Assembly: GCA_964016885.1 (NCBI GenBank)
Contig: OZ024741.1
Coordinates: 312,852,001 to 312,916,000, forward strand
DNA length: 64,000 nt
Direction: 5' to 3'
Source of the DNA: Eledone cirrhosa
Lineage: Eukaryota
The notes under the pieces were generated by a model. The model was not told where the DNA came from. It saw only the letters and a program-made list of their open reading frames with translations, and ran no database searches. Position numbers and translations under genes: made by a program. Shown in pieces: positions 1 to 13,200 of the stretch. Numbering within the stretch: position 1 is the stretch's first letter; each line of letters opens with the position of its first letter.

Positions 1-390
1 GATATCATAATGAAGCGTTACATAAAGCATGATATAAAAATAATATTGAATATGTAGAAAAAAATAATATTAATTATAAACACAATATTCATAATAATAA
101 TAATAAAAATAAAACTAACTATAAAAATAACAACTTGGAGAATAACTCGAGGAAAACAATTAGGACTAGATTTATAATTCGGTATGCTCCGCCAGCATCA
201 TTAGCTATTAAAACACATTTAACGAATTTATTTTTTAAAGCCTTAGATAAATGTTACGCTAGATCACATAAGTATTACCCTATCTTCAACAGACACACAG
301 TTAAACTCTCTTATTCAACAACTATCAATATTGCTAAAGATATTGCAAAAATTAATAGCAAAATTCTTAATTTGAACCAGCATAATTAGC
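1..390 (+). mobile_element. Penelope-like element fragment (RT-to-GIY-YIG linker), interrupted at an (AAT)n tract
   Basis: ORF 135-389 (YAPPASL...FNRHTVKLSYS) closely matches ORF 63708-63992, which leads into a GIY-YIG domain. Confidence 0.75.
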
Positions 391-399
391 GATAATAAC

Positions 400-470
<71 letters not shown>

Positions 471-472
<2 letters not shown>

Positions 473-1110
473 GGGAAGAAGACGCACGAGGGAATAGGGA
501 AGAAGACACACGAGGTGGTAGAAGGTCATGAAATCGCTCCCGTAAGTTTTCGATTTTTAACATATTTAAATCAACTGTGAAATAACAATTCTTAGTACAA
601 ATGTTGCATAAACCACCGAGTCAAGTCCCATAAAATTTCGGATCCATATTATATTGTTATATCGCTCAAATATTCAATTTTGTATTATATATTTTGTATT
701 AAAAAAAGAAAATGGTTATAAATGGAAGAAAACACCCTCTGTCTACACTATATAGAACAGCCAAATAACAGCAATTTCACCAACACCAGAAACTTGATAC
801 ACAACCTACCCAATCACACTAAATATAACAGCCAGATAACGGCAATTTCACCACCACCACCAATCCCAGCATCATAATAATAATTACTATTATTATTGTC
901 TCAAGTTTTAACATAAAAAAATGTTTAATTCCAATTTTACGGGAATATGTCAACACAATATATATTAAACATACGCGACACACACTCATATATACAACAT
1001 ATCGCAAAACTCAGTAACGTAAACGCCACCGCCGCCACCATTCCATCCATCATTGCTACCACTATCCCATCACCGCCGCCACCACTCCTTCATTGCTACC
1101 ACCACTATTC
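471..1110 (+). repeat. Leader unit X, copy 1 (about 640 bp), directly after (AAT)n
   Basis: Colinear with 5480-6070 by eye, roughly 80% identical; the first ~50 nt are nearly identical. Confidence 0.8.
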
Positions 1111-1644
1111 CCCTGTTAACTTGAGAGAGAAAGGGGAAGGTGGCGGTATCACTAGACAAGGGAGAAGCTAGCAAAAGATATAAATAGATTGACTTAGTGA
1201 CCTGGCCACCGGCCAAACGTCAACATCAACAACTATGGCACGGCTGGCTCACCCCTTCCTCACCAACAATATAAAAATCCCCAGCACCACCACCAACATA
1301 GCCAACAACACAACAGGCAACTTCAGCAAAAAGTATATTATATTATTGTAATGCACTGGGTGATTGCTGGCCTTGTGCCTAGAGTGGAGACAATTATTAA
1401 TAATTTCATTCTTAAGCCACGCAATGCTCACATTAAGGAACCACTCATGATAATAACAATTTAAAAAAAACAACAAAAAGAAAACCCCGTGACCAAGAAA
1501 TACCGGGATGGCGGCCGGCGGCGAATAGCCTTGTCTCTAGGGGAGAACGACCCCTCTAGTCTTGGTTGACACTCGTTCTAGAAGTGGCAACACGAAATGA
1601 TTACCCCTTGGAGGATAAGGATAAAACGCGACAAAATAAAGTAA

Positions 1645-4600
1645 ATGTCTAATGATAAAATCTCATACCGGATCGGCCGTCACCCGGGTAAAAAAGGGTC
1701 GCGTCCGTCAGAGAGGAACCAGACTGGGGTCGAAAAATCAGCTAATGGTTCAAACCTTCCCATCACTTCGGAGCTGGAGACCTCCCATAACCGGAATACT
1801 CCTACTATGGCCCTCCATGCTAACCACCAAGAAATCCAAAGAAAAAGAGAGAAAAATGGTCAAGGGAAGATAATAAAGAAGTCCTTGAGGCTTTCTACAC
1901 TGCCATGTACTACCCATCAAATACATCGAATACAGAACAGACATATATCAACTGCAAAAAGAAACATCCCGAAAACAGAGGCTATATTGACAGCAACAAA
2001 CTAGCCAATATACGGAGAAATATTGTAAGAAAAAAGTTACTAACTGATATAGAAATTGATCAGATCAAGCTATTAGCACAAAGTCAGCGAAGGGAAAATG
2101 AAACATGTGTCAGTGAAAACGAGGTAAATTGTAACACTTCGAATCCCAGGGTTGGGCCGGAATCACTGGCAACAGAACAAATTAAAGAAAGGATCGAAAA
2201 AGTGGAGGGAGTGCATGCTCAAGATGAAACTCCAAATGAAAATAATGAGATCGTAAATGATAAAGAAATGAATGAGAATGAACTTGCCAACTTGAAGGAT
2301 GAAATTATGATCGAATGGATGAAAATGAAAGAATCTGACATGGGGAAACGAGACACCCTCCCTAAGATCCAGAACTCCAAACAGAACCAAAAGATAATAC
2401 ACAAGACTAACATAATTCTCAAAAACATTATCATCACAAACAAACTAAACATTACTGATTTAAATCATCTCTATTATGCATCGGCTAAAGTCACCACTCA
2501 CTTATGTGGAGTGAAGATGAAAAAACAAAGGAATTCCCAAAAGAAATCTACTTGGCAAGAGAACATCAATCGCCAAATAAACCTTCTCCGATCTGACATA
2601 GAAATGTTAACAAACAATAAAGTAGGTGAACATGTTAAACAAACTAAACTTAGAGAATTGAAAATAAAGTACAGTATAAAATCAACAAGTGACATAGACA
2701 TGCTGATAGAAATAATCAAACAAAAAGTGTCGGCCAAAGCTGCTCGTATAAGGCGCTTTGAAAAACGATCTAGATTCTACAGGGACAATAATATGTTCAA
2801 AAACAACCAAATAAACTTCTACAGAAAAATTGGTAAGTCAACAATAACTGCTAAATCAATACCACCCAAGGAGGAAGTGCAAGAATTCTGGGAAAAGATC
2901 TGGGCCGAAGAAAAAGTTCATAACATACATGACCCATGGATAGACAGACATATGAAAGATACATCTCACCTTGAGGAACAAATATGGGAAAATATAACAG
3001 TTGAACAGTTGCGTTTGACTCTTAGAAAAACCAGCAAAGGGAAATCCCCAGGAAAAGACAAAATACAACATTTTTGGATAAATGCCTTCACAGAGTCTCA
3101 TGAGCTGTTAGCCCAACTTTACAATGAAGTAGTCAAGGAGCCAGAAAAAGATACCTTCATGACTAGTTAACGGCATTACATTCCTGCTTCCGAAGAATGA
3201 TGAGACAAACAATCCCAAAAGTTACTGACCGATAACTTGCTTGACCACAATGTATAAATTGTTAACATCAGTCCTAACTGAATGTACATATGACCACCTG
3301 ATAACGATTGACCTATTTCCCATTGAGCAGAAAGGGTGAAACGAGGCTCATATGGCTGTAATGATCAGCTTTTGGTTAACAAAATGATACTGGAATATTG
3401 TCATAATAGACACAAAAATCTATCGATTGCTTGGACAGATTATAAAAAAGCATTCGATAGTTTGCCACACAGTTGGATTGAAAAATGTTCAGAGATTTTC
3501 AAAATATCTCCCGTTGTCAGGCGGTTTTTCTCATTCAGTATGAAGACATGGAAAACGACACTCCTTTTGAATAGTGAAACAAAATCACTGGAAGCTGGAG
3601 AAGTTAATATTAATTGTAGAATTTTTCAGGGTGACTCTTTATTACCGCTTTTATTCTGCATCGCACTTATACCATTAAGTAAAATGCTTAATGAAACAAA
3701 ACATGGATATAAAGTCTATGACAAAACCATTAATCACTTGTTCTACATGGATGACCTGAAACTATTTGCAAAAAATGATAAACAATTGCAAGGGCTATTA
3801 TCCACTGTGGAGCAGTTCAGTGATGACATTAAAATGGAGTTTGGACTAGACAAATACGCCAAAGCAACGTTCACCAGAGGAAAGCTGCTGAAGAGTTCAG
3901 ACATTAATCTTGATCGGGGGAACGTGATAAGAGAACTTGATCAAGAAAAAACTTACAAATATCTAGGTGTTTGTGAAGGAGACGGAATCAAGCAGTCGAC
4001 AATGAGGGAAAGGATAAGGAAGGAATGTTACCGCAGAGTAAGCGCAATCTTAAGAATGGAATTGAATGCAAGGAATAGGATCGATGCCATAAACACGCTT
4101 GCCATACCAGTAGTAAACTACAGATACAATGTCATCAACTGGTCAAGCACAGAGATCCGTAGGCTCGATACAAAAATTCGAAAACTCTTAACCATGCACA
4201 GAATGCATCACCCTAAGGCAGATATAGATAGAATATATCTCCCTAGGAAAGAAGGAGGACGTGGGTTAATCCAGTTAGACATTGCGTTGAAAACTGCAAC
4301 AATCGGATTATCTACATATCTAAGGGAATCACATGATTGGATGATCAAACTCGTTTTGAAACACGAAAGCATCAAAAGATCATATTCCATTACAAAAGAT
4401 GCACAAAGATACAGTAATAGACTATACATTTCAGAAGTCGCATTTACTGCTGAAATGGAAAACACAGAAAAAGCAAAGCAGGTAAAAGTAACAGCAAAGA
4501 AAGAACTGCTACAGAAACTGGCTAAGAAATGGCAAGAAAAGCCTCTGTATGGAAAATACCCAGAGCGAGCTAACAATCCTGATGTTGACAAAACTTTAAC

Positions 4601-5436
4601 CCATCAGTGGTTGGCATCCTCTGGACTGAAATCGGAGACTGAAGGACTGATTATATCAGCACAAGATCAGTGTCTGCCAACAAAAAATTACCAAGCCAAC
4701 ATAATAAAAAATGGATGCAGCCCATTATGCCGTGTATGCAAAAAACAACCAGAGACCATTGACCATATAATTTCAACGTGCAATCCTATAGCTCCAACCG
4801 AATACCTAAACAGGCATGACAGAGCTGCACAATACATACATTGGATAATGTGTAAGCATTTTGACCTGCCCCATCAAAAGAATTGGTGGGAGCATCAACC
4901 ACCTCCCATACTTGAAAAAGATCACATCTCAATCTTGTGGAACTTTAGCATCCAAACAGACCGAAAAATAGATGCAAATAGACCTGATATAATATTGAAG
5001 GACTTTAAAAAGAGGGTATGCCTGCTAATTGATATGTCTGTTCCAATAGACAAAAATGTATCTATAAAAACATTTGAAAAATTGAGCAAGTATAAGGACC
5101 TGGAGATAGAAATTGGAAAAATGTTGAAATTGAGAACTAAAACAATACCAGTGGTTGTAGGCAGTCTGGGAATGATACCTAAGGGGTCTAATGATTACTT
5201 ATCGCAAATCCCAGGAAACCCGCGTATAGGAGAAATACAAAAGATAGTACTAATGGGAACTGCCCATATACTAAGGAAGATTCTGTCAATATAAATACAT
5301 CACAAGTCTAAACACTAAAGATGCATGTGTGAGTATATATGTTCTTTCTTGAACATGGCAGACCTTGTTGTCTCTTGAGGTCACTGGTTGTGACTTGGTG
5401 ATAACTCGTATGAACATAAAGCAAGATAAATGCAAC
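1645..5436 (+). mobile_element. R4/Dong-like non-LTR retrotransposon (RT + CCHC + restriction-like endonuclease), near full length, degenerate
   Basis: RT motifs DYKKAFD, IFQGD and HLFYMDDLK; CRVC..ETIDHI..C; RHD; RLE motifs RPDII...IDMSVP...EKLSKY. Frameshifts and stops near 1900 and 3170-3340. The 3' end runs into (AAT)n. Confidence 0.9.
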
Positions 5437-5479
5437 TATAATAATAATAATAATCATAATAATAATAATAATAATAATA

Positions 5480-6300
5480 TAGGGAAGAAGACGCACGAGG
5501 TGGTAGAAGGTCATGAAATCGCTCCCGTAAGATTTGAATTTTTTACATATTTAAATCATTTGTGAAATAACAACTCTTAGTACAAATGCTACGTAAAGCA
5601 TCCAAAAAAATTCGTACCCAAAATATATTGTTATAAGGCTCAAATATTCAAATATTCAACTTTGTATTGTACATCGTATATTCAAAAAAGAAAATGGGTA
5701 TAAATGGAAGAAGAAGAACCTCCCCCCCCTCCTATGTCTACACTATATAGAACAGCCAAACAACACCAATCTCACCAACACCAGAAACTAGATACACCAC
5801 CTACCCCATCAGCTCTCTGTGTACACTAAACACAACAGCCAGATAACGGCAATTTCACCACCACCACAACCAATCTCAACATAATAATGATAATAATAAA
5901 TACTATTATTATTGTCCCAAGTTTTAACAAAATGTTTAATTCCAACATTAAGGGAATTTATGTCAACACATAGATTCACCGAACGGACATCAGTAACGAC
6001 AACGCCGCCCATCCATCATTACTACCACTAACCCATCACCGCCGCCACCACTCCTTCATTGCTACCACCGCTACAATACCATCACTAGAGTAATACGATC
6101 ACATCACCACCACCACTGCCATCGTTACTACCACTATCCCATCACCGCCGCCACCACTCTTTCATTGCTACCACTGCTACAACACCATCACTACAGTAAT
6201 ACGATCACATCACCACCACCACTGCCTCAGTATCGACATCACCACCACCACTGTCTCAGTATCGCTACCGCCGCTATTCTCTCCCATTGCTTCCTCCTAG
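5480..6300 (+). repeat. Leader unit X, copy 2, with expanded CAC-rich subrepeats
   Basis: Homologous to 471-1110 and also follows an (AAT)n tract. Confidence 0.8.
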
Positions 6301-6629
6301 TTGCTGCCACCACATTATAGAATTCCTACTAAAAAAGAGGAAGGCATCAACATATATAGATAGACTCAAAAGAAAAAACAAACATTAAAAGCAAAGCAGC
6401 ACAGCAACAACAGCAAAAAAAAAAGAGAAAAACAAACAGAGAAAAACAAAAACAGAAGAAAACGTAAAGAAAATAAGAATGAAGAGAGAAGCAAGCGGAC
6501 GGACAGAGAAGAGAAGGGAAAAACTAAGTCAGACATTCGAACACTACATTACAATGAAACTCATGCTTATTCATTTTTGGGTTTTTTTCTGCCTGTTTGT
6601 TTGTTTGTTTATTTGTGTTCGCCTACAGC

Positions 6630-9600
6630 GTGGTGATAATGCCACACAAGAGCCAAGTAGAGCGGCTCAACCACCGGAGACGGTGAATCCACAGATGGTT
6701 ATGTAACCATACATTCGCCAATCCTCGATAAGAGTGTTTAAATATCGAACCTGAACAGTTCGAATAACGGTGAAATGGAGACTAGAACGTCATGTGACAG
6801 ACTCTCACCCAACAGGTGCTCCCTGGCTCAGCAGCAGGAACCTGGCTGTCAACCAAATACTGGTGGTGTCGGAGGAGGAAGAAGAAGAAGCAAAGGGACC
6901 AGAACAAACTGGACGAAATAATTGAATAGAACTGTTATGCAATGTTACCTGAAAAGTAACCCCAAGGAGAGGGGCTATAGGAGACGGATGCATAACATCT
7001 GGAACGAGATTGGTCTATTTAAATTAGATGAACAAAAATTGGCCGGGTAGGCTCGGGTAATAAGAACTAATGGGTGGATAACCGAGCTGGAACTGGAGGA
7101 ACTGAGCAGAGAGATTAGCTTGGAGTTGGAGGGTGGAGTATGCCAGGCAAACGAGACAGTGGGAAATGAATGTGAATAGGTCGAGAGAACGGAGGAACCA
7201 CCCGAAGCAGACAATGATCTGAATACTGAGATAAATAATACCTGGAACAGAGATACGGCCACTGAGGAGATGAATGCTGACTGGCTAGATCAAGATTCGG
7301 TTGACATCCTACATTTAGTGGTAGATGAATTGAACAATGATAGTGGGAGACCTATGAACCTAAGATTTGTATACAGGAAAAAGTTAAAAGAAACAACAGC
7401 TAAGGTAAACAAAGTCATCCCATACCTTGAGGCGAGAATCCTTCACCAGTGCAACAATATCCTCAAAGCAACAGCAAATACGGTGAGGAAACTACTTGGT
7501 ATAAAAGCGAGAGGAAACAACAGACAAGAAAGAGCAGAGCCTTGGTGGAAGAAACGACTGAGTGGTCAAATCAGGGAAATGAGAATTGACATTGGAAAGC
7601 TTGAGTCACTACTGAATGGGACACTAAAAAAAAGGCACTAAAAATAGACTGGAAATAAAGTACAAAACTAGGAGGAAAAAGCTAAATAGTATCATAGAGG
7701 AACTGAAGCAACGCATTGTAGCAAAGAGTACAAAAATCAGGCGATACGAAAACAGAATCAGTCAGTATAAACAGAACCGCATGTTTGACAACAACCAGAA
7801 GATGTTGTTTGGACAGCTTGAGGGGAAAGAAAGAGGCAACGACTTGATCCCTGAGGCGGAACAAACTAAAACATTCTGGTGAGGAATACGGGAGCAGGAT
7901 GTTAGACATAATGACCAGGTAGGGTGGATTGAGACAGTACAGAGGGAGATCGGTGAGCAGGCACACCAACAAACTGATTTGAGTATCACAGTTGAAACTC
8001 TTAAGGGGCAGGCCAAAAAACTAACCAACTGGAAATCACCAGGCCCAGATGGTGTGCAGGGGTATTGGATTAAAAACATAACATCCCTCCACCCGAAACT
8101 GACAACCATGTTCAATGACTGCTTGATGTCAGGTGAGGTACCAGAGTGGTTGACAAAAGGTACAACAGTTCTGATAATGAAAGACCGAATCAAGGGTAAT
8201 GATGTTACCAACTATAGACCTATCACATGTCAGTCCGTAAGGTGGAAACTGTTGACGAGCATTGTGTCTGAGGAAATCTACCATCACCTCCACACAAACA
8301 ACTTGTTACCGGACGAACAGAAAGGATGGCGAAAGAAGTCACATGGTACAAAGGGCCAGTTACTTATTAATAAGATGGTAATGAGGAATTGCAAGAGGAG
8401 ACATACTTGTCTTGCCATGGGATGGATAGACTACAAAAAGGCATTTGACATGGTGCCTCATTCTTGGATCACCAAAAGCCTGGAGATCTTCAAGGTGGCA
8501 GATAACATCAGACAGTTGTTGGGCAGCAAGTGTATGAGGTCCTGGGAAACAGAGTTGACATCAACTGGAGAATCCTTGGGAAGCGTGAAGATCAAGAGAG
8601 TTATCTTCCAGGGAGATAGCCTGTCCCCTCTGTTGTTTGTCCTTGCCCTGATGCCCCTGACCAGTGTACTTCTAAAAGTGAGAGCAGGATACGGGTTGGG
8701 AAAGGTAGGGCTTACCATCAATCACCTCCTCTTCATCGACGATCTTAAGCACTTCGGGAAGAGGGAGAAGGAGTTGAATGTGCTTATTGAATCTGTCCGT
8801 ATTTTCAGCAGTGATATATGGATGCAGTTTGGTATTAGTAAGTGTGGAGTCATTGTGATGAGGAGGGTTAGGTTGAGCAGCAGTAACGGAATCCAGATAC
8901 CAACAGGTGAGATGATAAAGGAAATTGACTCTGAGGAAGGATACAAGTATTTGGGCGTTCTGGAGGCTGATGGCATAAAGAACAAAAGAATGAAGGAATT
9001 GTTAAGAACTGAATACATTCGGGGAGTAAGGAGCGTATTGAAGTCACATCTGAACAGCAGAAATGCCATAAGCGCAGTAAATTCCCGACCTGTGTCTATT
9101 ATTAGGTACAGTGCGGGAATTCTGAGATGGAATGTTGCTGAACAAAAAGAAATGGATAGGAAGACTAGGAAGCTATTGACTATCTACAACATGTTCCACA
9201 AGAGTAGTGATGTCGATAGACTCTACCTAAGGAGATCCGAGGGTGGAAGAGGTCTTATCAGCATAGAGGACTGTGTTCAGATGGAGAAAAACAACCTACA
9301 CAAATACGTGACAGATAGTAAGGAGCCAATGCTCAGAACTGTACTGAAGGATAGGAGAATAGACCAGGGGATGTCCAAGGAGGAAATAATAACAAGGAGA
9401 AAGCGCAGCCTTCATGAAAAATCTCTCATAGTACCTTCTTTGAGAAAACTGAAATCAGAGATCCACAGACATGGAACTGGTTGAAAAGAGGAGACCATAA
9501 ACAGGCTACAGAAAGAATGTTAATGGCTGCGCAAGAACAGGCCCTCAAAACGAAGTGGTTGAAACACCATATTTACAAGGAGGAGGCTAGCCCACTGTGC

Positions 9601-10245
9601 AGGATCTGTGGAGAGAGAGAGGAGACTGTGGCTCACATTGTATCCGAGTGTAAACACCTAGCCCAGACCCACTATAAGGGCTGGAGACATGATGTGACGG
9701 GCAGGGTGAACCACTGGCACCTGTGCAAAGTAAACAATTTGCCACATTCTGAGAAATGGTATGAGTATAAGCCAGAGGCGGTGATGGAGAACGATCAGGT
9801 GAATGTGCTGTGGGATTTTAGGATACAGACGGAGAAGAAACTGGAACACAATAGACCTGACCTGGTGGTTGTTGACAAAGAAAAAAGATCGTGTCTGATT
9901 GTGGATGTGTCCTGCCCATTCGACACGAGAGTGCAAGAGAAGGAGAGGGAGAAAATTAACCGATACAAGGACTTAAAGTGGGAGGTAAAAAGGATTTGGA
10001 ACTGCCATGAAGTCAAAGTGATCCCGAATGTCATAGGCGCACTGGGGACTATCTCCAAAATTTTCCAGGGATGGTTAAAGAAAATCGGCTCCTTCACGAT
10101 TTTTGGAACGCTTCAAAAGGCATGCTTGCTGGGAACAGCAAGAACCCTCCGATACGTCCTGAATATCTGAGGCTGCAGGTAGTGGCTTGATATTCATTCC
10201 AACGGACTTTCCAGTTAACTAACATCAATGACTGAGATTCAAGGA
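6630..10245 (+). mobile_element. Second R4/Dong-like RLE retrotransposon (different family), degenerate
   Basis: WKSPGPDG, NYRPIT, DYKKAFD, FQGDSLSP, LFIDDLK, CRICG..ETVAHIVSEC, RHD and RPDLVVVD...EKINRYKDL; ends in (AAT)n. Confidence 0.9.
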
Positions 10246-10280
10246 ATAATAGTAGTGATAATAATAATAATAATAATAAT

Positions 10281-13200
10281 GATTTCTTTATTAACCACAA
10301 GGGTTTACATAAAGTAGACATTAAGGACAGTGCAGGACAATACAGTACGGTACAAATGGGCATTTCTGCGTGTAAAAAACAAAAACAGAGGATGTAACAA
10401 AAAATAACAATGAAAAATTCCCCAATAGGGGGGAGACTTCGGAGGGACATTTGTGGAGAAAGCCCAGTAAAAGGCCACAGTGAACATGACTACCAAGGCA
10501 AGTGCCCTCTCCCAGTTTTCCACCTTTAATTTACAGATATATACTCAGAGTAGGCCCATTCACTCGGGCCATTCTTGCTTCTCTCACCCATCTTTCAACA
10601 AAATGCTGGGAAGAGAGCACTTCCCTCTCTACACTGATTTTCCTTTTCAAATGAAATTTGAAAAAGTCAATCAGGGCATCACCGAAGAGGTAAGTGCTCG
10701 TCTTCAGCCCTTTCAAACGCGTCCACCATACTATCTCTTTCGCCATGGCCACCAGACAGATAAAAACTGCCTGTCTTTCCCGGCTAAAGGAGGAGGGCGG
10801 GGCAATCCTCACGATGGACTCAGATGATATCCGGCTCCGTCATACACGCGACAGCAGGTGTTCGACATAAACCCTCAAGTCAGCAATTTTCAGACACTGG
10901 ACGAGTGCGTGCAGGACGGTTTCGTAGCCCTGCGCACATCTCGGACATGCCCGGCTGACGGCACCTCTATGCCTGTAGAGTTTATCCCGAACTGGCAAGG
11001 CTCCTCGGTAGCACTGCCAGAGATTTCTGGAAGTTATCCATAGGCCCTGGTCCGAAAGTTCTTCCGAAGAGATTGGCTAGTTGATTTTCGACGACGCCTA
11101 GAGTTTCCCCAAATACGTCGTCGCTCTTCCCCTCCACTAATCCTCTATAGAACGCCGAGGTGGAGTTTCCACCGATCACATTGCCCGATTGGTCGAGGGC
11201 TGTGAGCGCCTGAAGACATTCTCCAGGCGCTCCCTCTCGGTCTTCGCTTGACCCAGGACTGCAGCTCCGTCAAGGAAACGAGCTGGGGAAATACGTGTCT
11301 AGCAAACGGCGACAACACCTGATCACCGTCGAGGAAGAGGTGGAGATGTCGTAGCCTGAGCGCGTGCCTGCGCATGATCAGCCACGGCATGCCCAGCCCT
11401 CCACGTAGCTGGTGTTGACAACAGATGGACCGCCTGACCATCGGAGCGCGTCCATTCCACAAAAAGCGAAAGAGCAAACGCTCCAGCGCAGTCAAGCGAG
11501 GCTTAGAACAAGGTATGACGGTCAGGCGGTAGCAGATGACAGACGCGATGTACGCGTTAGCCACCTCCGCTCGACCTTTCAGGGATAGCTTCCTCTCCGC
11601 CCATTTCTGGGTGAGAGAAGCCACCCTGCTCGTCACCTCGTCCCAGTTTTTGTCCGTCTGGAGGTCCGGACCGAACCAGACCCCTAGCAATTTATCGGTC
11701 CGTCCGTCCAGCGCCCGACAACGCTGTTGGACGGCATGGTCCTGCCTCTCCAGGTGCCGAGCTGCAGGCCCACTGACTTTTCCTGGTTGATCATTGCTCC
11801 TGTCACCGCTTCGTATTCTCTTAGTGTAGTGCCGATCACCTCGATGTGTTTCGCGTTCGACACCACTACGGTGACATCGTCCGCATATGCTGACACGGAT
11901 CTTCCGCATCCTAGTTCGCGCGTACGCCCCTCAACGTTTCCAGTTTGTGCAGTAATGGCTCGAGAGTCAATACGTACAAGAGGGACGAGAGGGGACATCC
12001 TTGGCGGACGGAGCGCATGATGTTGAACGGTTCCGACAGGTGACCGTTCACTCTCACCACAGAGCAGATGTCGCTGTGCATGGCAGCGATCCAGCCTCTG
12101 AAGACGGCCCAAAGCAAGCCGCCTTCAGGACTGCCGCTAGGTAACGATCGTCGACCATATCGAAAGCTTTCGACTGATCTAAATTGATCAAGGACCTACC
12201 CGTGCCAGGTTCCCTAGCTACCCTCTCTACGATGTATCGCATGGGGTGGAGGTTGTCGTGGATGGATCTGTCGGGGATGGCGCATGTCTGCGCCTCTCCC
12301 ACCAGACCACCAACGACAAGCGCCAACCTCTTTGCTAACACCTTGGCCAAAATCTTGAACTCTGTGTTTAGCAGAGTTATGGGCCGAAAATGATCTATGT
12401 TATCCCCCTTGTTCGGATCTTTTCTCAGCAGTGCCACCGCTCATCGGCTCACAGAACTGTGAATTATCCCTTTATGTTGCCAGTTGCAGTAGACGTCCGC
12501 CAAGAGGCCTCCGAACAAGTCTGGCATCTGTACGTAAAGTTCATAGGGCAGACCATCCACACCAGGCGATTTACCCCTTGTGCAGCCAGTCATTGCCTCC
12601 CTTACTTCAGCGGCTGTTATCGGCATTTCGCAACACCTCGCCTCAGTGGCCGAGAGCCGCGGCAGTCCGTCGAGGTAGACACTAAAGCCCATCCCTCGTC
12701 CCATCCCACCGCTGCCCCCGAACAGCTGAGCGAAGTGTCGCTGAAAAGCTTCACACATTTGCCCGGGATCGAGTAGCATGCGCCTGTCGTGGTCCACCAA
12801 AGACCGGATCGTGGCTTTGTTGCCACGACGCGCCTCTGCCACTCGGGCCCATTGAACGGCTTTCGTCCCCTCGTGTCTGAGAGCACGATCCCTTGCTCTG
12901 ACAACGCAGTCTTCGTTCTTTGCATTGAAGAATTGGTCAAGGGTCAATTTCGCCGCAAGCACGTCGGTCACAATGCCTTTGCTAAGCGCCTCGTCTAATT
13001 TTCTAACTAGTTCTCCCTCTGCTCTATTTTTCTCTCTTGCTAAAGCCTTACTAAACCTAATCGATTCTATTCTAATCGCTCTTTTCAGAGCAAACCACCA
13101 CTTGTTGTTGACGATGGCCTCCGTCAACGCCCGCTTAACGAGTTCGCTAATCCGGTCTCTGTAGGCCTTGCGCGCTGGTAAGGACGCGTTAGCTTCCAGT

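Noticed and set aside
1200-1535. HDV-like ribozyme at the 5' end of RLE element 1 (GGCGAATAGCC resembles J4/2-P2)
   Set aside because: I could not assemble P1, P3 and P1.1 by eye; it needs a structure-descriptor search.
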